A DNA stretch of 64,000 bases from a bacterium (GTDB lineage: Bacteria > Patescibacteriota > CPR2 > UBA1875 > JAJYID01), in NCBI GenBank assembly GCA_030647205.1, contig JAUSJO010000005.1:138523-202522 (forward strand), in the 5' to 3' direction. The position numbers and the translations under genes were made by a program. The stretch's first letter is position 1. Every line of letters starts with the position of its first letter. Shown here one piece after another: positions 19,557 through 27,670 of this stretch. The notes under the pieces are model-generated. The model was not told the DNA's origin, made no database searches, and saw only the letters and a program-made list of their open reading frames with translations.

Positions 19557-19583
19557 AAGCACCTTTAAAAGAGGAAACAAAAG

Positions 19584-20543
19584 ATGACGACTAACACACT
19601 TTTGCTTTTGGTTTTAGTGGCCATATTTTTTGGAGGCATTTTTGCAACAAAACTTTTCCTAAAGTTACCTGCAAAAAGATTCTATATTGGTATACCAGCA
19701 ATTATTATTGGACTTATTATAGGGGCACTTATATCCCTACCTCTCCAAAAACTTCCGGGCGACTTTGCCATCTGGGTTCCGGTGACCGTTAGCGCTGTAT
19801 GCGTTGTTGCTTCTCTGTATCTTTTCTTCGCGAAAACTCAAGGAATAGAGAAGTTTTTCACCGATATCTTCAAACTTATCAGGCTACCGAAGCTGGAAGA
19901 CGCAGGCAAAAGCAAAGAAAAAAATAAAATAATCCTAGATACCTCGGCCATAATTGACGGGAGATTTTTGGATGTGGTCAAGACGGGTTTCATGACGGGT
20001 AATTTCCTGCTCTTCAGATTTGTTTTGCATGAACTTCAAAACATTGCAGACTCCAGCGAAAACCTAAGAAGAGAAAAGGGGAAAAAGGGTCTTGAGGTTT
20101 TGGATAAGCTGAAGAAAGAAAAAGGAGTGAAACTTGAAGTTTCAACTGAGGATGTTCCTGATATTCAGGAAGTTGATGCCAAGCTTGTGAAGCTTGCGAA
20201 ACAGAAGGGGGCAATCATCTTAACAACAGACTATAACCTGAACAAGGTAGCAAAGATTCAAGGCGTCAGGGTTTTAAATATCAACGAACTTTCCGAGGCA
20301 ATAAAGCCCATTATTATCCCGGGTGAAAAGATGACTCTTAAAATTATTCAAACCGGAAAAGACAAGACTCAAGGGGTGGCTTATCTGACTGACGGCACGA
20401 TGATAGTGGTGGAGCGAGGCGGAAAGTCCATCGGGAAGGAACTGGATGTAGTGATCACCAGAATACTCCAGACGCCGGCGGGGAAAATGTATTTTGCAAA
20501 AATAAACGGTTCTGATAATGGTGAAAATAGAAGAAAACATTGA
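19584..20543 (+). CDS. YacL-like PIN/TRAM-domain membrane protein
   Basis: N-terminal TM helices, a PIN-like core (ILDTSAIIDGRF...ILTTDYNL) and a C-terminal TRAM-like beta domain. It sits immediately after radA, as yacL does in Bacillus. Confidence 0.7.
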   Translation: MTTNTLLLLVLVAIFFGGIFATKLFLKLPAKRFYIGIPAIIIGLIIGALISLPLQKLPGDFAIWVPVTVSAVCVVASLYLFFAKTQGIEKFFTDIFKLIRLPKLEDAGKSKEKNKIILDTSAIIDGRFLDVVKTGFMTGNFLLFRFVLHELQNIADSSENLRREKGKKGLEVLDKLKKEKGVKLEVSTEDVPDIQEVDAKLVKLAKQKGAIILTTDYNLNKVAKIQGVRVLNINELSEAIKPIIIPGEKMTLKIIQTGKDKTQGVAYLTDGTMIVVERGGKSIGKELDVVITRILQTPAGKMYFAKINGSDNGENRRKH

Positions 20544-21423
20544 TCTAAAAAAATATAATACCTATGGTGTCGGCGGAAGCGCTAAGTATTTTGTATTGGC
20601 AAAAAGTGGGCAGGATTTGGTTGATGCTTTTAACTTTGCGAAAGAGAAACATATAAATTATTTGGTTCTTGGTGGTGGCAGCAATGTTTTGATTTCTGAT
20701 GACGGATATGACGGTATTGTGATAGTGAATAAGGCAAATGAAATTGAAAGAAGCGGAAACAAAGTCAAAGTATCATCCGGAGCAAGTTTGGCGAGAATTA
20801 TAAAATTATTGAGTGAAGAGGGATTAGCTGGAGGAGAGTTTTTGGCTGGGATCCCAGGGACTCTAGGCGGGGCAATTCTTGGAAATGCCGGAGCATGGGG
20901 AAAGTCAATTGAAAGTATTATCGAGTCGGTAGAGTTCCTGAATGAAACAGGCGTGCAAGAAATTCAGAGAAGTGAAATGGTCTTTAGCTACCGTGATAGC
21001 AGCTTCAAGAAAATGGAAGGGATTATTTTGAGTGCGACCATGGTTTTTTCTGAAGGTTCTAGTGAAAAAGTTGCCTCAGCCGTAAAAGAAATTTTATCAA
21101 AGAGAAGCGGGAAGCATCCGGCGGGGAAGTCTTGCGGGAGCTTTTTTAAAAATATTGAAACGGCAGATTTGTCTCCTGAAATTTATAATAAAATGCGCGA
21201 TTGGGAAGTTGGTGGTAAAGTTGCGGCAGGAAAGTTAATCGAAGAAGCAGGAGCCAAGGGCATGAAAGTTGGTGGGGCAGAAGTTTCGCAGATGCATGCG
21301 AATTTTCTGGTAAATATCAGCGATGCTACAGCGGGTGATATCAAGGAATTGGCCAAGCAAGTAAAGCAAAAAGTTTATGAAAAGTTTAGTGTAGAGCTGG
21401 AGCCGGAAGTAAGGTATCTTTAG
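20518..21423 (+). CDS. murB: UDP-N-acetylenolpyruvoylglucosamine reductase
   Basis: FAD-binding N-terminus (YNTYGVGGSAKYF...LVLGGGSNVLISD) and the MurB C-terminal domain. Overlaps the upstream gene by 26 nt. Confidence 0.88.
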   Translation: MVKIEENIDLKKYNTYGVGGSAKYFVLAKSGQDLVDAFNFAKEKHINYLVLGGGSNVLISDDGYDGIVIVNKANEIERSGNKVKVSSGASLARIIKLLSEEGLAGGEFLAGIPGTLGGAILGNAGAWGKSIESIIESVEFLNETGVQEIQRSEMVFSYRDSSFKKMEGIILSATMVFSEGSSEKVASAVKEILSKRSGKHPAGKSCGSFFKNIETADLSPEIYNKMRDWEVGGKVAAGKLIEEAGAKGMKVGGAEVSQMHANFLVNISDATAGDIKELAKQVKQKVYEKFSVELEPEVRYL

Positions 21424-21560
21424 CTTCCTGTCATCCTTGCAAAGGCAATAATTTCGTTTCCAAATAGTTGTTTACTTGTGGACTAATTTATTCTAATATT
21501 GTCTGGCGTTAGCACCTTGTTATTTTCCCATGCTTTAGAAAACCTAAGGAGGTTTGAGCA

Positions 21561-21761
21561 ATGTCCGAAGATAAGCCTTTGATATTGGCGAGGAATTCCA
21601 AAGGAACAATAGACGTTCGATTACCTGCCGCTTTTTATAAAAAGCTCTGGTCGGACGTAGCAACTGTAGAGGCAGAAGAACTAGTCCATAAAGGACTGAA
21701 AAGGAGGCGTCTCTCAGTCGGGCCGGACGGAAGGTTGATCCCAATTAACGAGGTGGTATAG
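21561..21761 (+). CDS. AbrB/MazE-like swapped-hairpin mini-protein, paralog 1 (66 aa)
   Basis: GTIDVRLPAAFYKKLW...GPDGRLIPI resembles the MazE/AbrB N-terminal fold (AVRIPATLMQAL...VDGKLIIEPV). Strong RBS aaggagg. Confidence 0.5.
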   Translation: MSEDKPLILARNSKGTIDVRLPAAFYKKLWSDVATVEAEELVHKGLKRRRLSVGPDGRLIPINEVV

Positions 21762-21764
21762 AAA

Positions 21765-21950
21765 ATGCCAAAACCTATCAAACTCGCAAAGCATTCAAGA
21801 GGGACAGTAGATGTTCGATTACCAGATGCTTTTTACAAAAAAATCTGGCATGATGTGGCGATGATTCAAGGTGAGGAAAGGACGTTCAGAGGACAGCGAA
21901 AGAAACGCCTATTTGCTGGACCGAACGGAGAATTCGTGGAGGTGATCTAA
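21765..21950 (+). CDS. AbrB/MazE-like mini-protein, paralog 2 (61 aa)
   Basis: GTVDVRLPDAFYKKIW...GPNGEFVEV. Clear paralog of 21561-21761, separated by 3 nt. Confidence 0.5.
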   Translation: MPKPIKLAKHSRGTVDVRLPDAFYKKIWHDVAMIQGEERTFRGQRKKRLFAGPNGEFVEVI

Positions 21951-22145
21951 ATGTGTGTACCAAAACCAAAAGAGCAGGTTGCTCTCAGGTATACAGTCAC
22001 ATTTAACCCGGATATTCCGACTGAACTTATCCAGAAAATCTGGGCTATGGTTGATGCGGTCGAAGGTAGGGAACGCGAACTGTTAGGGCGTAGAATGAGG
22101 AGATTCGAAATACTCCCCGACGGGAATTTCCACTACCTCAACTAG
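21951..22145 (+). CDS. AbrB/MazE-like mini-protein, paralog 3 (64 aa)
   Basis: VALRYTVTFNPDIPTELIQKIW...LPDGNFHYL. A divergent third paralog that starts immediately after the stop of paralog 2. Confidence 0.45.
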   Translation: MCVPKPKEQVALRYTVTFNPDIPTELIQKIWAMVDAVEGRERELLGRRMRRFEILPDGNFHYLN

Positions 22146-22153
22146 TACAGATC

Positions 22154-22190
22154 GGGGCGGGTTTCTAAAAGAAACCCGCCCCATTTCATT
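22154..22190. terminator. Bidirectional intrinsic terminator between the convergent paralog triplet and the 22206-23264 gene
   Basis: ggggcgggtttc taaaa gaaacccgcccc flanked by A/T runs on both sides. Confidence 0.7.
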
Positions 22191-22205
22191 TATACAATTA
22201 TTATT

Positions 22206-23264
22206 TTATTCTTTAGCAGACCCAGGTTCGTTAGTTGGTTCGGACTCTGGAGGAGTAGTCTCGGCTGGTTCGGACGCTTGAGGCTCGGGTATAGTTGTTG
22301 GCTCAGACGTTGGATAAGCGGTGGCAGCCGGATCGGTCTGAGGAGCCGGTGGTGTTGGTTGAGCCGGCTGTACAGGTGGCTGTGTATTTTGGATTGGTTG
22401 TTCGGGTTGTTGTGTCTGTGGGGTCTGTTGAGCAGGTGGGGCTGGTTGTGTTGGTGGTTGAGCTGTCGGATTTGTCATGGATGAGACCATACTTTCTAAA
22501 CCTCCTATGCCTCCCACGGCAGCGCCCATACCACCTCCAAAGTTAAAAACTTTCCCAATAAAGCCTTGTTTAATCTCATTGATCATTGTTTCGAGATTCG
22601 TGCCTTGCGGTAAAGTTTCTGCTAACTTCCGGCCGTCCTTTAAGATTTTCCAGCCATAAATAATACTAAGTAAACGAATAATAAAGGTTATAAGGCTAGA
22701 GATAATCATAAGTATGCCTATCCAAAAAAACGCTTGCAGAGCAATCCCAGTTGTTTTTGCATCCTTTGTCCAGGAAGCGGGGTTAGCCGGATCGTAATTG
22801 ATGGTAACGGTCTGTCCTTCTGACAATCCACAGTTACCCGACGAAGAGGTAGAGGCTTGTTTTGTGTATTCCTTACCATCAACTGTATAACGTGCTGTCA
22901 ACGAACAAGAAGGGCTGTTGTTTGATGATCTTGTACGACTTGTAGTATTTGTATTCGTATTTGTGTTCATGCCAACTGAAACAACCGTTGCTTGAGTTGT
23001 TGCCGTCATTTTGTTTATGCCGGACATATTTCCAAAAATTGTTGGGATAAAAAGAAAAAGGACTCCGAAAAGGACGCCCGCTACCGTACCAAATATCCCA
23101 GGGCGCTTTTTGCCGCCAAATGGGTTATCTATACCAATAAAACCATCTGTGATGAGAACGGCGCCGATTGCTTGTTCTGCGGCTGCATATGTTGCCGGTT
23201 CTTGTTGTTTATATGGTTCAAGAAAACTTTCCGCATGCTTTTTTAGGGTAGAAAAAATCTTCAT
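22206..23264 (-). CDS. DUF3592-like membrane protein with a long Pro/Gln/Thr-rich C-terminal tail
   Basis: Two TM helices flank a beta-rich domain with C...Y.VDG.EY...V.I.YDPANP (DUF3592 signature). About 110 aa of PTQPAPPAQQTPQTQQPEQP low-complexity tail. RBS aaaaggag before the ATG at 23264. The track start at 23291 is an upstream in-frame ATG. Confidence 0.55.
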   Translation of the reverse strand: MKIFSTLKKHAESFLEPYKQQEPATYAAAEQAIGAVLITDGFIGIDNPFGGKKRPGIFGTVAGVLFGVLFLFIPTIFGNMSGINKMTATTQATVVSVGMNTNTNTNTTSRTRSSNNSPSCSLTARYTVDGKEYTKQASTSSSGNCGLSEGQTVTINYDPANPASWTKDAKTTGIALQAFFWIGILMIISSLITFIIRLLSIIYGWKILKDGRKLAETLPQGTNLETMINEIKQGFIGKVFNFGGGMGAAVGGIGGLESMVSSMTNPTAQPPTQPAPPAQQTPQTQQPEQPIQNTQPPVQPAQPTPPAPQTDPAATAYPTSEPTTIPEPQASEPAETTPPESEPTNEPGSAKE

Positions 23265-23768
23265 TATCACTCCTTTTTCATTTGTTATCACTTATGTTTG
23301 ATTATATCAAAATAAAAAATAAAAGACCATCGAGCTCTAAACTAAAAAACAAGAAGCCGAGCGATCGGCCCTTCTAGAAGAACCTCACACCCGACCTCAG
23401 CTTCTCATCTAGGATTCGGATGCCTAAATTTTGGGCGGCTTCCGAAATAGAGAAACTTCTCCTTTGCATCGAACAGTAAGAATCGGATAGGGCTCGAACA
23501 ACCATTGAGTTTGTTCGGGTAGCGGTGCTTAAGTTTGATCAACTGATGCTCAAGTTCGTCTGACTTCTTTTTGTTCGCCAGAGCTCCCTCTCGCACTTTG
23601 CTGAAACTCCCTCTCACACTTCACCAAAACTCACTCTAGGTGAAGTCCTAACCATGGCATCTTCATCTCGCTGCCTAGCCGGGAGAATAAATATTACGAA
23701 TATTCATAAGATCAATCCCTCCGACTAAAATCTATTATTTCAAAAATAATGGGTTTTGACAAACAAAA

Positions 23769-26369
23769 CTAAGGCTTTACGGTAACATGAATTGTCTGTG
23801 ACTGTGTGCTTTTCGAAGCCTTGTCTTTCACTGTTGCATATAATGTGTGCTCGCCAACACTTCCAAGTGGCACATTTGCAGTATAACCATTGCCATTTGG
23901 CATAGCGGAAGCTTCATAACTTGTACCATTATCAACTGTTACTGTAACTTTATCGATACCGGCAGCAGCCTCGGCATTTATATTCACAACAACAGGAGTC
24001 TCAACATTATCACCTTCTGCCGGAGATGTGATACTGACTGTTGGCGCAGGTTTATTGATATCAGCGCAGTTGTCTTGTTCGGTTGGAATAGTTGTATCGC
24101 CAGCCACAAATCCATTGGCACTTGCCCATGCGGCTATTGGAGCGAACCATCTTGAGTAAGCTGGGTCTCCTTGAGGTATTTCAGCGGTGAGAGCATTTTT
24201 AGTAATGGTGGTAATTTGTGCCGGCGGGCAACTATCATTAACCAGTTTGCCTGTGGCCGGATTTACCTTGTATTCACTCCCGTCGGTGCCTAAAGGAATC
24301 TTGTACCAGCTTGGGAAAATATCAGTACGGGTTTGTTTGGAAGTAGCGGTAGGTTTTTTGCCTGTTACGGCGTCCAGTGTCACACTTTTGATACCGGAAG
24401 GCCGTGAAAACTGCTCAACTTTTGAGCCTGCAAGGGCACTCGTCATAAAGTCATGCCATATTGGAGCAGCAGCGATAGATCCGCCGGCGCTAGACATTGG
24501 TGTGCCGTCATTATTTCCGGCCCATACTCCGGCAACGAGCGATGGGGTATAGCCCATAGTCCATGCGTCTTTGTAGCTGTCGGTAGTACCGGTTTTTGCG
24601 GCAACGGGTCTGCCTTTTAGTGTCAGAGGTCCACCTGTACCAAATACCCTTGCTCTTGAAGCATCGTCCGAGAGTATGTTACTCATAATGTATGCCACCT
24701 GAGCATCCAAAACTCTTTTGCCAGGTTTTTCTTTGTATTCATCCAGAGTTTTACCGTTTGAGTCTTCAATTTTTGTAAACCAAGTTTGATCTTTTTTTAC
24801 TCCGCCATTTGCGAATACTCCGTAAGCTCCTGTCATATCCAGAAGTTTTACCTCGCCGGCACCCAGAACGAGTGATAGTCCATACTGGCTCGGGTCATTT
24901 AGTGTGGTTATACCCATATCATGGGCTGTTTTGATGGAGTTGCTCACGCCGCCTATATATAGAGCCTTAACCGCAGGTATGTTCTCTGATTGCTGAAGAG
25001 CCGATCTCATCGACATCGGTCCCTGGAATCCTCCGTTGTAGTTTCTGGGTACATAGCCGCCACCGAAGTCAGTTCGTACATCAAAGAAAGTGCTTCCAGC
25101 GCCCCAGTTTTCGCCTTTCAATATAGTAGAATATGCAAACGGTTTAAATGATGACCCCGGTTGTCGGTTGGCGATTGCCACATTCACATTTCCGTCAATA
25201 TTTTCATCAAAGAAGTCCCGGCTTCCGACCATGGCCAAGATTTGCCCTGTTTTCGGATCCATCGCAACCAGCGAGGCATTTGACGCTTTATATCTTCCTT
25301 TGTTTTTATCAACATTAGTTGCTACAGCTGCTTCTGCCATTTTCTGTTTTTCTATATCTAGTGTTGTGTAAACTTTAAGCCCGCCGGTATTCACGGTATT
25401 TTCGCCGTATTTTTCTATCAGCTGCTCTTTGACATACATGACAAAGTGGGGGGCAGTGATATTCCCATAAACATTTCCAGAGAAAGCAAGCTGCTCTTTC
25501 TTTGCGGCCTCAGCCTGGTCTTTTGTAATGTATTTCTGTTCGGCCATGAGATCTAGTATCATATCTTTTCGTTTCATCAACTCATCTTTGTGTTGACCGT
25601 ATGGAGAGTAGTATGTTGGTGCATTTGGGAGCGCAGCGAGTGTTGCCGCCTCCGCTAGGGTTAGATTTTTTGCGTCTTTGTTGAAATAAGTTTTTGAGGC
25701 TACTTGTATGCCGTAAGCGTTTGAGCCATAAGGTATTTCGTTCAAATACATCTTTAAAATGTCGTCTTTGGAGTACATTTGTTCAATCATCACGGAAAGC
25801 ATGAACTCTTTAATCTTTCTGGAAAATGATTTTTCATTAGTAAGAATTGCGTTCTTTACAAATTGCTGTGTGATGGTGCTGCCACCCTGACCTTTTTCAC
25901 GATGAACAACGTCATAAACTATACTTCCAACAATTCTCTTAAAGTCGAAACCATGATGTTTATAAAAACCCTTATCTTCGACTGCAACCGTGGCATCTTT
26001 GGCACTTTGTGGGATGTCTTTCATGTCGACAAGTATGCGGTTTTCATTTCCATGAACTTCATAGAGGATTTTACCGTTTCTATCAAATATCTGAGTTGAT
26101 TGAGCTGCAACTTTACTGTTTATTTTCGATGGAGAAGGTAGGTCTTTCGCATACCATGCGGCAAGAAGGATCATTAAACCCATGAAAACCCCAAAGGCAA
26201 TGCCGATCTTTTTCCAGCCGGATTTTGTAAAGAAAAGATTATGAAGAAACTCCTTTGAGCCGGCAACTAGGCCGTATTTCTTAAAGGGGTTTATCTTCTT
26301 TGATTTTCCGGATTTTCCTGAGTAGTTGCTTGCTGGCCGTCTTCTTTTTGTGTATCTTCGTTTAGCCAT
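23769..26369 (-). CDS. Class A penicillin-binding protein (bifunctional glycosyltransferase/transpeptidase) with a C-terminal Ig-like extension
   Basis: N-terminal TM, GT51 motifs (EDKGFYKHHGFD, GGSTITQQFVKN), transpeptidase SxxK/SxN/KTG (GSSFKP, KTGTTD), and about 120 extra C-terminal residues. Confidence 0.9.
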   Translation of the reverse strand: MAKRRYTKRRRPASNYSGKSGKSKKINPFKKYGLVAGSKEFLHNLFFTKSGWKKIGIAFGVFMGLMILLAAWYAKDLPSPSKINSKVAAQSTQIFDRNGKILYEVHGNENRILVDMKDIPQSAKDATVAVEDKGFYKHHGFDFKRIVGSIVYDVVHREKGQGGSTITQQFVKNAILTNEKSFSRKIKEFMLSVMIEQMYSKDDILKMYLNEIPYGSNAYGIQVASKTYFNKDAKNLTLAEAATLAALPNAPTYYSPYGQHKDELMKRKDMILDLMAEQKYITKDQAEAAKKEQLAFSGNVYGNITAPHFVMYVKEQLIEKYGENTVNTGGLKVYTTLDIEKQKMAEAAVATNVDKNKGRYKASNASLVAMDPKTGQILAMVGSRDFFDENIDGNVNVAIANRQPGSSFKPFAYSTILKGENWGAGSTFFDVRTDFGGGYVPRNYNGGFQGPMSMRSALQQSENIPAVKALYIGGVSNSIKTAHDMGITTLNDPSQYGLSLVLGAGEVKLLDMTGAYGVFANGGVKKDQTWFTKIEDSNGKTLDEYKEKPGKRVLDAQVAYIMSNILSDDASRARVFGTGGPLTLKGRPVAAKTGTTDSYKDAWTMGYTPSLVAGVWAGNNDGTPMSSAGGSIAAAPIWHDFMTSALAGSKVEQFSRPSGIKSVTLDAVTGKKPTATSKQTRTDIFPSWYKIPLGTDGSEYKVNPATGKLVNDSCPPAQITTITKNALTAEIPQGDPAYSRWFAPIAAWASANGFVAGDTTIPTEQDNCADINKPAPTVSITSPAEGDNVETPVVVNINAEAAAGIDKVTVTVDNGTSYEASAMPNGNGYTANVPLGSVGEHTLYATVKDKASKSTQSQTIHVTVKP

Positions 26370-26478
26370 ATATTTTGAAGTTGAAATTATTTTCCTATAG
26401 CGTTTGAATTATAGCAAAAAAGAAAGTATAATTGAACAGGTTTTTATTATCAACGATAACTGTTATCAAAAGGAAAAA

Positions 26479-27657
26479 ATGTCAAAAGCGATCGAAAAAC
26501 TTTTAAATAAAAATGTTGAAGAAGTTATTGTAAAGAAAGATTTAGAAAAGCTTCTTTTATCGGGCAAGAAACTTAGAATTTATATAGGGGTTGATCCGTC
26601 AAGTCCGGTTATCCATATTGGCCATGCGGTAGGCTTAAGGAAACTGAGGGAATTTCAGGATTTGGGGCATAAAGTCATTTTCTTAATAGGAGATTTCACT
26701 GGCAGAATCGGTGATCCATCGGGCAAGACCAATCAAAGGGTTCCTTTGACGGAAGAAGAAGTTCTGGAGAACGCTAAAACATATCTTGATCAAGCGTCTA
26801 AAATTATCGACATAAAAAAGGCGGAGATTCGTTACAACGCTGAGTGGCTGGACAAACTTACTTTCAAAGATGTCGTAATGCTTGCTTCAAACTTTACAGT
26901 TCAGCAAATGATTGAGCGTGACATGTTTAAGGAAAGATTAAAAACGAATAAACCAATCGGATTACACGAGTTTCTGTATCCTTTAATGGTGGGTTACGAC
27001 TCAGTTGCTTTAGATGTAGACATAGAAATGGGTGGCACCGACCAGACATTTAACATGCTGGCCGGCAGAACTCTGATGAAAACGATGAAAGGAAAAGAAA
27101 AACATGTCTTGAGCGTTCCGCTGCTTCTTGGTACTGATGGCCGGAAGATGAGCAAAAGTTACGGTAATGTCATAGGCGTAGATGATCCGGCCGATGATAT
27201 GTTTGGTAAGGTTATGAGTATAAAAGATGAGCTCATCATTCAATATTTTGAGCTTTGTACGGATAGAGATGATGAAGAGATAAAGGAAATTACCAAGAAG
27301 CTTAAAGGTGGAGAAAATCCTCGCAATCTAAAGTTTGAGTTAGCGAAAGATATTGTGACCACCTATCATAGTTCAAAAGCAGCAGAGACGGCAGGTCAAG
27401 AATTCGAGAAAATATTCAAAGACAAAGGCAAACCTACAGATATGCCGAAAGTCAGTTATTCAAAAGGCGACAAACTGGTTGATGTTTTGGTTGAGTCAAA
27501 GATAGTGGATTCAAAGTCAGAGGTTCGAAGATTGATCCAGCAAAATGGCGTGAAAGATAATGATGAAACAGTCACCGATATTGACTACACACTCGCAAAT
27601 GGAAAACATACGGTTCAAGTTGGGAAGAGACGGTTTGTAGAACTATCAGAAAAATAA
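26479..27657 (+). CDS. tyrS: Tyrosyl-tRNA synthetase
   Basis: Class I motifs (HIGHAVG, KMSKS), a TyrRS core and a C-terminal S4-like domain. RBS aaggaaaa before the ATG at 26479. The track start at 26404 lacks an RBS. Confidence 0.85.
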   Translation: MSKAIEKLLNKNVEEVIVKKDLEKLLLSGKKLRIYIGVDPSSPVIHIGHAVGLRKLREFQDLGHKVIFLIGDFTGRIGDPSGKTNQRVPLTEEEVLENAKTYLDQASKIIDIKKAEIRYNAEWLDKLTFKDVVMLASNFTVQQMIERDMFKERLKTNKPIGLHEFLYPLMVGYDSVALDVDIEMGGTDQTFNMLAGRTLMKTMKGKEKHVLSVPLLLGTDGRKMSKSYGNVIGVDDPADDMFGKVMSIKDELIIQYFELCTDRDDEEIKEITKKLKGGENPRNLKFELAKDIVTTYHSSKAAETAGQEFEKIFKDKGKPTDMPKVSYSKGDKLVDVLVESKIVDSKSEVRRLIQQNGVKDNDETVTDIDYTLANGKHTVQVGKRRFVELSEK

Positions 27658-27670
27658 TTTAATTTAAAAT

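Noticed and set aside
22278-22659. Plus-strand ORFs antisense to the Pro/Gln-rich tail of the DUF3592 gene
   Set aside because: They are Trp/Leu/Arg-rich mirror translations of a low-complexity region.
23405-23617. Minus-strand 70-aa ORF in the PBP/DUF3592 spacer
   Set aside because: It has a GTG start without an RBS, and it reads through the direct 14-mer repeats. It is kept only as a possible relic in the findings.
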